This document shows positions 26,222-38,560 of a stretch of 64,000 nucleotides of DNA, in pieces. Origin of the DNA: Octopus vulgaris (Eukaryota); the NCBI GenBank assembly GCA_951406725.2, contig OX597823.1:63426001-63490000 (forward strand), written 5' to 3'. A model generated the notes under the pieces. It was given only the letters and a program-made list of their open reading frames with translations. It ran no database searches and was not told the origin of the DNA. Within the stretch, counting starts at the first letter, position 1. Each line of letters starts with the position of its first letter. A program made the translations under genes and the position numbers.

Positions 26222-26539
26222 AACAACAAAGATGAGGTTAAATATCCGTCGAATGTAAATAATGTAAATAATATAAATAATGTACATAATTCCTCATCTC
26301 TTAAATATAGAACTGTACCCTAGAAGGTTCCTGATATCAGGTTATATGAAGCTATGAATAGCGTATATATGACGTGCAGCAACCATCAAGCTGTCGTCGC
26401 TAAGGTTAGGGTCAGGATTGGGATTAGGGTTAGAGTTAGGGTTGGGGTTAGCATGCGCTGAGGCTGCGACATTTTCAGTAATTCCTTGATAGTGAAGAGA
26501 TGTAGTCGCTTTATGTTAGAAGCTTTTTCTTTTTTTTCC

Positions 26540-27450
26540 ACAGCTCGTCTCTTTGACAGAAGTGCAGCCCTGCACCAAGCATAGACCGAGACAAGCCACT
26601 AGCCATCTGGACTGTTGTCAAGCGCTCACAATATTCTACCAGTCGAGTAATACGGTATATGGAATTTCCTTGATGTTTTATAGAGAATTATTGGCGGGCA
26701 AAAACAATTACATTCTCGGGTAAACTCTAAGCGTCGATGAAAATCAACAGGCTGGTCTCTTCTGGTGAACAGAAATCCCCGGCATGACTGTGCTACCAGG
26801 TTGGGATGGGGGGCATAAACCGATTTAAGAAAAACTCTGTAGGTACGGAAATACTGCCTACCAGAAATGTCTGATATGTTCACAGAATGACGAAATCATC
26901 CTCAATGTCCTCGTCCAATTCTCGAGAATTGCTGACTTGTGGAGTTATGTTGGACATTTGCCGTTACGTGTGGTGCGGATCCAGTTATCAACTGAACCTA
27001 TTGAGATCGTCCCATCACATTTCTTTCACCAGGAAGGACAGGCAGGCTTTATCTGTCTTGTGGGTTTGGCGAAAGCGATTGAATGGCCGATTACATTGAA
27101 AGGATTGAGGACAGACACGTTTCACTGTAACCAAGCCCTCATTAGCTTTTTCAAGTCACACTCGAAAAGGAAAGTGACGGTGGAGCAGTTGCGTCCCATT
27201 AAATTTGCTGGAGAATGTGAGCAATGTACGAGCGAACGGGCCTGCTGTGAGCATGCGCCTGAAGATTGGATAACCGAGAGAGGGCGCTAGCAGTAGTGAT
27301 GAGAATGTCGTTTTTTTTTAGAATTATTCGTTATTTGAAATTTTCTTTTTTGCTTATTCCTGATATTTGCCTGTTTACACAATTCTTATGTAATCCAGCA
27401 TTTTATTGTCATCGCTGTTCTCGTCAAACCTTAGAGGTTAATAAAGAAAT
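26540..27450 (+). mobile_element. Degenerate L1/Tx1-like LINE 3' end (zf-RVT region and 3' UTR)
   Basis: EKLCRYG...CLICSQNDEIILNVLVQFSRIADLWSYV fits C..C....ET..H....C.....LW; ends aataaagaaa before (CTA)n. Confidence 0.6.
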
Positions 27451-27526
<76 letters not shown>

Positions 27527-27660
27527 TACTACTAGTACTACTACTGCTGGTGTTTTCTTCAATTGTAATATTAAACACGTTAAAGAAAAAGTATTATGTT
27601 ACACGCTCCTGGATACACGCATTCATGCACGTATGAGTACATACATATATACATACATAC

Positions 27661-27787
<127 letters not shown>

Positions 27788-28062
27788 CATACATATATAA
27801 TATATATTCTTTTTGTGGAAACGTATGCATGTTTACATACATATATATGTCAGCCTGAAGCTCCTTTATCTATATTCTAAGCTCATATTTATGTCAATAA
27901 TCATTATAACACTTTGCAATGTTAGCAAATGTCCAAGTAACAATGAAGAAAAGCTATGATTTGTAAGCTAAGAAACAAAGGAACGAAAACAAACTTTACA
28001 CATAACAGCTGTACGTGATACCACAAAAAATATGCAAGAATTTCCTAAAGTTTAACACCTAC

Positions 28063-28338
28063 TTATTACCTCCGCCTTAGCGAAGGCGGAGACATTGTTT
28101 TCAGTCGTGGTTGTTCGTCTATGGACAAGATATCTCAAGAACCACTGGGTGGATTTGGATGAATCTTTCATAGATGTTTGGCCTCGTGACTCGGGATCGA
28201 TCCGGTACTGGACAAGGATTCTGGAGTATTTTTACAGTTTTTTCTTAATTTTTGAGAGCGGTCGGGTTTATTTTTTTGTATTCTCCTTTGTGAGAACAGT
28301 CGAGTTTGTTTCGGGTATTCTCATTTTAAAAATCATCT
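28063..28338 (+). mobile_element. Helentron-type non-autonomous element, 3'-truncated
   Basis: ttattacctccgccttagcgaaggcggag start; homologous to 14062-15054. Confidence 0.6.
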
Positions 28339-28625
28339 ACACACAAGAAAAAATGTCAGAAAGGCAGGTCAGTTATTCCTCTCCAATTTTTTGTAAATTC
28401 TTAAACATATCTCCTTCTGTGAATATATATACTACCAAACAAACATGATTTTTATTGAAATCAAAATTCTTTTTGGAGTCTCGTTCTGATTACTTTCTGA
28501 AATACTTTCTTGTAAACTGATTTTAACATTTTCTTATTCTTATCAAAGAATGTATATCTGTATTTTAATGCTTTTTTTGATAATCACTACTTAACACAAC
28601 AAAGCTCATAAAAAGCTTTACATTT

Positions 28626-28671
28626 TACTTTTGAAAATCTTTTTCTAAAAAAAAGTGAAACCGGTCAAGTG
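28626..28671 (+). ncRNA. Hammerhead-like motif with U3-A8 core
   Basis: TACTT-TTGAAAA-TCTTTTT(ctaaa)AAAAAGT-GAAA-CCGGTC-AAGTG; (TA)n ~40 nt downstream. Confidence 0.55.
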
Positions 28672-28888
28672 AATAAACATCTTTAAAATTGCTTTTTCAA
28701 ATCTTCTTCCATATATATATATATATAAATTATAATTAAGGGTATCTAAGAGATGCCAACCATGCTAGATATAGCAGTCAAAACTTGACTCTAAAACCAC
28801 ATTCAATGTTCATACAGCACCAGGAGAGAAGACAAAAAGACAAAATAAACTAGCAAAAAATTACTGGATAATTCCAGATCCTGGATTT

Positions 28889-29147
28889 CTCCGAGTTTCG
28901 AATGTCGGGGCGGAAATTTGGTCTGGCATCTCGGCAGTTATTAAGACAATCCAAAAATGCTATGAAAATGACCGTTAAACAAAGGGAATAAAAAAATGCT
29001 ATAGTAATTTCCCTTTGTTTAACGGTCATTTTCATAGCGTTTTTTTATTGTTTTAATTATTGAAGAGATGCCGGAGTAGATTTCCACCCCGACATCCGAA
29101 ACTCGGAGTTTTATTAGGGAAACCGAATAATTGTCACATATTACATT

Positions 29148-29150
<3 letters not shown>
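28889..29150. mobile_element. Head-to-head inverted pair (~100-bp arms) of a degenerate hammerhead-bearing pLTR-like module
   Basis: Right arm TAATTA-TTGAAGA-GATGCCGG..CCGACATC-C-GAAACTCGGAGTT-TTATTA; left arm (minus) TAATAA-CTGCCGA-GATGCCAG..C-GAAACTCGGAG. Confidence 0.65.
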
Positions 29151-29201
<51 letters not shown>

Positions 29202-29443
29202 ACTGTCCCATTATTGGCAGGACCAACAAAAATGTACTTCATCTGAGAAACGATAAATATTACTTTATACACACAAGACTTAATTGTGAGCTAATATAAG
29301 TTTCAAGCTCATATAGTACCGTAATAGCACAAGCTTGTATAGCGTGCAGTGCAGTCTGCTGCACGCTAGGCTAGTTCATCCGATTACATACAATCCGAAC
29401 ATGAAACTTAAAGTAGCTGACGTTTAAGTCCCATGCTTATTAT

Positions 29444-29503
<60 letters not shown>

Positions 29504-29647
29504 TCAACATGGACCAAATTTCTTCTTAAGAAAAAATATGTATTCAAATAAGTAAAACATAATATCGTGAATAGCGATAGCGAAACTGGTCGATATATTA
29601 TAAATTATATTAAAACTGTAAGTGTGCGTATTTTCCTTTTTTAATTT

Positions 29648-29683
<36 letters not shown>

Positions 29684-29856
29684 TTCGCGCTCGGGTTTGT
29701 GCATGTGTATAAACCTCACTTTATATTTATGTATGTCTTATGCCTTTTGTCTATTACTTGTTTTAGTCCTTGGACAGCGGCCATGCCGAAGCACCGTCTT
29801 TATGGTCCTAGTCGATCAAATCTACCCTCTGCCTAATATATATGAGTTTATATATA

Positions 29857-29950
<94 letters not shown>

Positions 29951-30202
29951 GAGAGAGTAAAAGAAAGAGAAATAAGTAGGTACGTGTTTGAAATAGAGAA
30001 AGTGGAATGTAGTAAAATATTAATGTTAAACCAAGAGAAAGTGTTGGAGAGAGCTCAGTGAAAATCGAAACTATACCGACTTGAATGCTATGTTTGCGTA
30101 ATTACTCTTATACCATCTGATATTACTGTAGTCTACGAAACATCTGAAAATACTTCCACGTTTACTAGTTAGGGTAAGAGACGGAGAAAGAGAGTGAGTG
30201 AC

Positions 30203-30242
<40 letters not shown>

Positions 30243-30479
30243 TGAGAGAAAGAGTGAGTGAGTGAGAGAGAGAGCGAGAGAGAGACTGAGAGAGAGAGGA
30301 GAGATTTCATTATTGATGTATCTTTATAGTTCGCAGTAGATATTTAAGTAAAATATATAAGCTTACTCGCTAAAACGACATTTGTTAACGATTATCATTC
30401 TCCCTCACAAATACTGTGAGTGCGTGTTCGTGTGTATATACAAACACAAATTTATGCGTGTATATATATATGTATATTT

Positions 30480-30525
<46 letters not shown>

Positions 30526-30527
30526 TT

Positions 30528-30560
<33 letters not shown>

Positions 30561-30794
30561 TCCCAATCTTGTCTGTAGTAGATTTGTGGCTATTCGGTGG
30601 TACAGAAGTATTTTTTGACTTCTATCATTAGCGATATAGGTACTCATGTAGTACCCTTGTATATATATGTACATATCTAATATTGTATGTATATATTTTA
30701 TTAATTTGCCTGTACGGCTGATAATTTGCTTACCACTTGTGATGGTATTTTTATAATACCATCCCTATATTTATTTATATATATATTTGTATAT

Positions 30795-30859
<65 letters not shown>

Positions 30860-31063
30860 TAGATATACATACATATGTTTATATTTATATAATCATATTA
30901 GTGGGTACACGAAGCACCAGCTTGCTATAAGGTGGAAATAAAAACGCACAACTTAATCCCTATTCTCACTGAAAATATAAGCAACGGATCAACAGAAATC
31001 GGGCAAACGAACAGAATTTAACATATTATCTCTGGTAAAAAGCCGTAGAATGAGGTAACATAC

Positions 31064-31126
31064 ATTTGGATCATGATTTCGAATTCTGGTTAAAGCCTCA
31101 ATTCTCCTCCATTGGTCGTGCCGTAC
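31064..31126 (-). CDS. Candidate 63-nt internal exon of an unidentified host gene (VRHDQWRRIEALTRIRNHDPN)
   Basis: atttttcattctag acceptor, gtatgt donor, phase 0/0 open frame, non-repetitive context; no partner exons established. Confidence 0.35.
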
Positions 31127-31869
31127 CTAGAATGAAAAATTATCTATCGCATCTCATTGTAATCCGTTACGTCTTGAATAGTCTCGCACCAGATTTAAAA
31201 TAGTAATAACATCTTTATGAGTATTCATTTAAATATTCACTCATTTAAAAAATATACATACAGTAAAGACTGTTTGCCAGAATAGTTGCTCGGCTGGACC
31301 GCGCTGCAGTGAGGGGGGCCGGTGCGCATTGATGCCGTCGAGAGGTAGGCCCCGAAACGACGCGCATTCTCTCCTGATGACCCCATACACTTGCTAGCTT
31401 CCGATATACGGAGCTTTTAACTGGTAGCACTTGCATGTGCAAGTTGTTTGCAAGACATCTATAATTTTCAAAGTGACACACAAACACTGATCTAATAAAT
31501 AGAAACATTATTACTTCTAAATCTCTCTAAGTGATATATTCGGTAAAAGCTACTCTACACTGATAAAGAGCAATAACCCAGAAACGGGTCCACAGAATAT
31601 AAGGGCACAGAGATTGCGTCGTATAGTCAGCTGGAAACGGCGTTTCCTGGGACTAAACGACAGCAACATTCGTCCCATCTAGGGTTGCCACATTATGTTG
31701 GCAAATAGTCTTTTCTTTAAAGTATTGTTACTGAATATCTCTCTTTGAGAGATTTAGAAATAATGTTTCCATTTATTAGATCAGTAACTGTGTCACTTAG
31801 AAAATTATATACTTTCGAACGGGAATTCAGCAGCGTCGTCTAGCAGAGCAGCCACGCATCCATTTCCAA

Positions 31870-31970
<101 letters not shown>

Positions 31971-32274
31971 AGAGAGAAAGAGCGATACATTATTATTTCT
32001 AAATCTCTCAAAACGAGATATTCAGTAACAGTACTGGATGGAACTAATTTAAAGGTGACACACTTGGTCGCGTTAACAAATGGATGAGGGTTCGACTCAC
32101 GCGCGGATAGGAAAGCCGTCTTTTTTCTGTCGAGGACTTATATGCCCCTTTATTAGACTATTTTCCTTAGTCATTGCACGGTGATCGCCATAAGCTTTAA
32201 GCTTATAAAAAAACCCATTATTATTATTATTTACAGGATTGTAAATAACAGCGCCGTAATAACAAATTATTCGC

Positions 32275-32310
<36 letters not shown>

Positions 32311-32368
32311 TTCGTCACTAGATCATATATCCTAAAAAGAAGCACATTTTATAAGTTTGAGCAGTAAC

Positions 32369-32562
32369 ATATATACAGGAGGTTACTCATATGACCGGTC
32401 ATATTTACAGGAGGTTGCTCATATGACCGGTCATATTTACAGGAGGTTACTCATATGACCGGTCATATTTACAGGAGGTTACTCATATGACCGGTCATAT
32501 TTACAGGAGGTTACTCATATGACCGGTCATATTTACAGGAAGTTACTCATATGACCGGTCAT
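32369..32562. repeat. 6 x 32-bp minisatellite with a 16-bp palindrome across each unit junction
   Basis: Unit atatttacaggaggttactcatatgaccggtc; palindrome ATATGACCGGTCATAT. Confidence 0.92.
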
Positions 32563-32728
32563 GGTTTTATACCCATAAAACGTTTAGCCTTAAAGTCGTC
32601 TCTGACGAGGGGTTTCTAATGCTAAGTGATTTATAGATGCGAAATTATTGGTTACTCTATGACCGGACGTACAATTAACTTCCTATAATATATATTTATA
32701 CATACACTCTTACACACACACGCACACG

Positions 32729-32762
<34 letters not shown>

Positions 32763-32890
32763 AATCTGCGTGTATGTGTTTAAGTGGTAAAATATGAGCG
32801 TCCCCGAGTAAAGCAATATATATATAATATATATATACACATGCATACATGCATACATACACACACAGAGACATATATATATATATATAT

Positions 32891-33707
32891 AAAACAAGTC
32901 TTTAACGTTTCGAGCCTACGCTCTTCAACAGAAAGATACACAGAGAAAAAACACAGAAAGAAGGAGAGAAAAAAATATGCGTGCAGAAGCTAGCGAATCA
33001 ACATGGCGATCTGATTTCGGCCAGAAGTCAAAGATCAAACATGAGACGCAAGAGCGAAATTAGGGGAGATAATGGGGTTGAATGACCTCACTCCAACATA
33101 AGAGTGTGTGTGTGTGTGTATGAGAAGAGTGTGTGTATGAGAGAGTATTAGTGCGTATGAGAGGTCTGGACGTGTGTATGTATATATGATGTGATGTGTA
33201 AAGTCGTATGGTGTAGTGTAGAGAGAGGAGAAGAGGGTGAGGGCTGAGGGGGAGAAAGAAAGGGGAGAGGAGGGGAGAAGGAAAGGGGAGAAGAGGAGGG
33301 GGAAGGGGAAGGGGAGAAGGAAGGAGAGGAGAAGAGGAGGGGGAGAAGGAAGGAGAGGAGGGGAGAGGAGGGGAGAGGAGGAGGGAGGATAGAGGGAGAG
33401 GGGGAGATAGAGAGAAGGGGAGTGAGGGAGCAGAGGGAAGGGGAAGAGGGAAGAAGGAGGGAGGGAGAAAGAGGGAAGAAGGGAAGAGGAGTAGGGGTGA
33501 AAGGATGAAGGACTGAAGAGAAGTAGGGGTCGGGGGGAGGTTAGATAAGGAGGGGGGAGAGGGGGGTTAGATGAGGAGGGGGGAGAGTTGAGACCAAATG
33601 GCGTATAAGAGCGAAGAGAGAAGATTAATTCCTGTTCACGGCGCAAACGGGAATCCGGATGGCCTCTGTGTAAGGACAAACCGAACACAGACAGGTGTTG
33701 CAAGGAG
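32891..33707 (-). mobile_element. Second, 3'-only copy of the PLE at 505-3488, bounded by (TA)n on both sides
   Basis: SLQHLSVFGLSLHRGHPDSRLRREQELIFSLRSYTPFGLN identical to the first copy; pyrimidine tract and pLTR follow. Confidence 0.92.
32899..32936 (-). ncRNA. Hammerhead-like motif identical to 3352-3389
   Basis: Exact reverse complement over 38 nt. Confidence 0.65.
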
Positions 33708-34654
33708 ATATATATATATACAAAGATGAACTTATTGATGACAAGGGCTACGTGGTGTTCAATTATTAAATACATGAAAAAATACGCATAACGAGTGAAA
33801 AATACGTAAACACACAACGAGAGATAAGTACGGGACAAAATACCAAAAGAAGTCTAACCCTTCCTCAGTTGTCGACTGTGATATTACTCCCTGTTTCCTG
33901 CTTTTAACAAAACAGGAAAACTTCACAAGACAGCAACGTCCAGAAATTTTAGAAATACAAACTTTGTGGAGGGTTAGGGCTTCGAACGAACAAACGACAG
34001 CAGAGTGGACATACGGAAGAAAACAATGAACGAAGACGGACATTAAAGGCCGTTAGGCCAAGGCGAATTGTAATAGGTAACGCCTGGAAGAAATTTTGAA
34101 AGGATATAGAATAGATAGTGGAAGTGTAAGGAATAATTGGAGGTGAAAGAAATGATGTCCGGCTGGCTGGCCGTCGAGTCCAGAAAAGACAAGAAAACTG
34201 GCCTGTAGTCACGTGTGAGCAAGAAGAAGAGGGGAAGGCGACAAGAGAGAAGACGAGGGAAAGAAGCAGAGGAAATGAAGAGAAAGGAGAAGGAAAGAAA
34301 GAAAGACAGGGAACAACAGAAAAGGAGGGAAAGAAAAAGAAATATAGAGGATGATAGAGAGATAGAGAGAATGAAAAGAAAATAGGCAGGGGACAGTGTT
34401 GAGACGCACATATTATATATAAATTCAAAAACTTACTGTTGACAAAGGATGAGGGATCAAGGTAAATAACGAGAGTCAAACAACTCGAAACATCGATGTC
34501 TGAGATTCCTAACAGATGGCGACACTGAACGAATTGGGTGTTTTCACACCCTTTTACCATAAGAGAGATATTTTTCTCCACGGTAACTGCATGTATTTAC
34601 CCTTTAGCAGTTAAAATATGTGATAAATATATTTCAACTAACTTACATACTGCT

Positions 34655-34821
34655 TTGATGGAGCACTGCCTTTAGTCGAACAAATCGACCCCCCCCAGGA
34701 CTTACTCTTTGTATGCCTATAACTTATTCTCTCGATCTCTTTTGCCGAACCGTTAAGTTACGGGGACGTAAACAGACCAACATTGGTTGTCAATCGATGG
34801 TGGGGGAGGGGACAAACACAG

Positions 34822-34876
<55 letters not shown>

Positions 34877-35038
34877 CGTCAGGCTTCTTTCAGTTTCCGT
34901 CTACCAAATCCACTCACAAGGCTTTGGTCGGCCCGAAGCTATAGTAGAAGATAGTTGCGTAAAGTGCCACGCAGTGGGACTGAATCCGGAACCATGTGGT
35001 TGGGAAGCAAGCTACTTACCTCACAGCCACTCCAGAGC

Positions 35039-35040
<2 letters not shown>
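34655..35040 (-). mobile_element. SINE family B
   Basis: Matches 38561-38996. Confidence 0.85.
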
Positions 35041-35106
<66 letters not shown>

Positions 35107-35628
35107 ATATTTCGGAATGGTCATTTAAACGTACTATATATATATATATATATATTTATATACATACACATACATACATATATATATATATGTGTGTGTA
35201 TATATATATATATAACGCTATCTCAATCTCCGGTTTCTGCAATGCGTTTCTCGAACAAAATACTGAATATATGTCGTTAGTGTGCTGAGTTAAAAATAGG
35301 TCACATCATTGAAATGCTGAGGATAGCCACTTACGACTAATTCTACTCAAACGTCTACAAATGTCATTTGCTTTAAGTCTTAACACACGCAAAAGGAAAA
35401 AAAATGCCACCACTCTTGATGTCTTCGCTAATTAGTTGCTATAGTTGGGAAGCCATTTTCTCGTTATAACCGTCAAAATACGAACACACGTCAGCGTTCT
35501 TATAGAATCTGATTGGCGTTTTACATTATATTGAGTAAATGCGGTCAGCATTTCCAGCGCACTTACTAATGCGTTTGTACGTGGGTTTACGTATAAGTAC
35601 ACGCGCGAGTAGGCAAACTATCACACAG

Positions 35629-35713
<85 letters not shown>

Positions 35714-35834
35714 GAACGAACGTACGCGCATGCACGCACACGCATATATAAACATAGATATATATATGCATATATACATACATATAACCATACATATGTA
35801 CATGCATATATATGCATACACGCAACACACACAT

Positions 35835-35884
<50 letters not shown>

Positions 35885-35909
35885 TATATAGATATCTATT
35901 GTTGTATTT

Positions 35910-36796
35910 GGGGAGGTCATGTTGCCAGTTTAACCGATGAAAACACACGCACTATATATTTGGTGTTCACTTGCTTTAGCATTATTTTATATGAATTGTA
36001 TTTCGGCCAGAGTTCTTTTGTCACACTTCTGTGACCTCATCAGTGGTCTTTACTTTCTTCTTTCTTTATTGTGTCCTTCTTCATCAACGATCTGCCATTT
36101 TGTATTTCTGTTGTATGTGTCTTTCTTTGTGCAGGCGCATATCCCTGTGTGTCTTTATTTGCTCATGCGTATCACCCTATCTGTGTCTATGTTTAGTAAG
36201 TGTGTGTGGGAATATATATGGTACCTGCATTATCAGTATCCTCTGTTTATTCACGTTCGTTTAATTTACTTTTATTTATTTTATTCATTTGCATTATCTA
36301 CTTACTTTTCTTTCTTTCTTTTTTTTGTATCAATTTAATTTAATTTTGCTTATGTATGTAATTATTTAATTCCATTTATTTATCTGTGTATTGTACTGGT
36401 TTCCTATTATTATTAGTTTATGGGGATCTTATTCTGTCATAGGTTGAGGTGCGTCGGGTGTGTTTGCTAGTGTTCCATTCTAGTTTTCTATTAAGGCTAG
36501 GATTATCTTCTATTAAGTGTGTAGCTTCCGTAATTTGTCTAAGCGTTGTGTCTGTTCTATAAGATTTTTAACTTCTATGTTGTTGACTGAGCCCCGTGTT
36601 CCCGCTCGGCGTGCTGGTATAGAACCGATGAGCTCTTCCTTAAGTTCCCTCCAATGCCTATTTACCCGCTCTCCGCGCTGTCTCCCCTACACTCACCCCC
36701 CACTTACTAAACATAGACATACACACAGGGATATACGCATGAGCAAATAAAGACACATACAACAGGAATACAAAATGGCAGATCGTTAGTAAAGAA
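35910..36796 (-). mobile_element. Remnant of a different PLE: GIY-YIG C-terminal half, 3' UTR with hammerhead core, and an inverted UTR copy upstream
   Basis: VGETAR...SVLYQHAEREH...DTTLRQITEATHL..NPSLNRKLEW at ~36430-36690; 36701-36796 is an inverted copy of ~36076-36202. Confidence 0.65.
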
Positions 36797-36896
36797 NNNN
36801 NNNNNNNNNNNNNNNNNNNNNNNNNNNNNNNNNNNNNNNNNNNNNNNNNNNNNNNNNNNNNNNNNNNNNNNNNNNNNNNNNNNNNNNNNNNNNNNN
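36797..36896. other. Assembly gap (100 N)
   Basis: Run of N. Confidence 0.99.
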
Positions 36897-37239
36897 GGAA
36901 TTAGAGAGGGGAGAAGGGATGGGTGTCAAAGATTGACCTGTGAGTGCAAAGCAAGACAAAGAAATGGAAGGGTAGGGGAAGAGTAGACCAAAGAATCAGA
37001 GGCAAGAGAAGAGAAAAGGAGGATGAGTAGAGAGAAGAGAGAGAGAAGGGGAATGCGAAGTAAATGTAATGCGAAGTAAATGTAAGAGAGAGAGACAGAC
37101 AGAGTGTAGAGTCATATATATATATATATATATAATTTTAATCCAAACGGGAAACAAAAAAACAACAACAATGGAACAATTACAGTATTATTATTAATAG
37201 GATATATATATATATATATACATATATACATATATACAT

Positions 37240-37335
<96 letters not shown>

Positions 37336-37454
37336 ATAGCTACATACATACATATACATATACATTTATGTATATATATATGCATGTATATATATGTGTG
37401 TGAGCACGTATGTATATATGTATATAATACGTACATATGCATATACATACTAGC

Positions 37455-37728
37455 ACTCGATCGTTTACGACAAGTGTTCCAGTTGATTCGATCAACGGAA
37501 CAGCCTGCTCGCGGAATTAACATGCAAGTGAGTGAGCACTCCACAGACCCGAGGACCTTTAACGTAGTTCTCAGGGAAATTCAGCCTACTCATTTTTGCC
37601 AGCTGAGTGGACTACAGCAACGTGAAAAAGAAGTGTTACTCAACGACGTAATGCGCCGCAGAGAATCGAATTCACGACCTCACGATCGTGAGCCGAATAT
37701 CCTAACCACTCAGCTACGAACCTTCACA
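37455..37728 (-). mobile_element. SINE family C
   Basis: Matches 55697-56016. Confidence 0.75.
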
Positions 37729-38102
37729 TACATATACATAGATACGTAAATACGCACGTACCTAAGAAACACTTCATATCTGTTACTACTGAAGCAACGG
37801 GGGATACATATCAATACAGTTGGGGGGGGGGAACTATGGATGTACTTGGCTTCTTGGGGAGAAAACGCAAATCCTTAATTCATACACTAGGAATGATCCC
37901 AACAGCTGGGGGCATGAAAATTTGCAAGTCTTTCTTAAGATTTACAGGAATATAAGCAAAACAAAATGGTTTCCTTTACAAGCTTGCTACAAAGCAGATG
38001 GCCAGTCAAAATTTACTCTAAATTAAATAATGACATGCATGCATACATACATACATACATACATACATACATACATACATACATACATACATACATACGT
38101 GT

Positions 38103-38138
<36 letters not shown>

Positions 38139-38560
38139 ATAATGCTGATAAAACTGAAATACAATCCATTTCCATAACTGATGTTATTCCGTGTAAAAGA
38201 TTTAACGAAGAGCTCCTCGGATTATAAAGTTCTAAAAACTATTTAATACATATCCAGAGTATTACTACACAAACGCATGCGCACGCCACGCACAAACACC
38301 CTCCCCATACACAACCACCCACACACATCAACAAACGTATGTGTGTACGGATAATATATATATATATATAAAAAATAAGAATAAGCAACAGGGATATCTA
38401 AAAGCATTACCTTTGGATATCCTTGTTGCTTATTTTGATTATAATCACCTCATTTTGAATTATATGGATAATACCATACCAAATTCTGGTGCCTTTAACT
38501 TAAGTAACATATTCAACTGAATCTAAATTTTGACTGAACTTATATATATATATATATTAT

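Larger units (their letters stand above)
25757..26315. mobile_element. Palindromic non-coding element: tRNA-like fragment + (AAT)n + hammerhead in each arm, 14-bp TSD
   Basis: Arms symmetric about ttgggg-ttagtag-ccccaa (26057-26075); TSD taccctagagggtt (25743-25756) / taccctagaaggtt (26316-26329). Confidence 0.85.

Noticed and set aside
26401-26451. True telomere or chromosome-end signature
   Set aside because: Short, degenerate and internal; more likely element-borne interstitial repeats
26937-27290. 117-aa ORF as a novel protein
   Set aside because: In-frame upstream sequence shows a decayed L1/Tx1 zinc-finger region; better explained as a LINE relic
32369-32562. CRISPR-like array of palindromic repeats
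   Set aside because: Sequence between palindromes is identical (no unique spacers), there are no cas genes, and the context is eukaryotic
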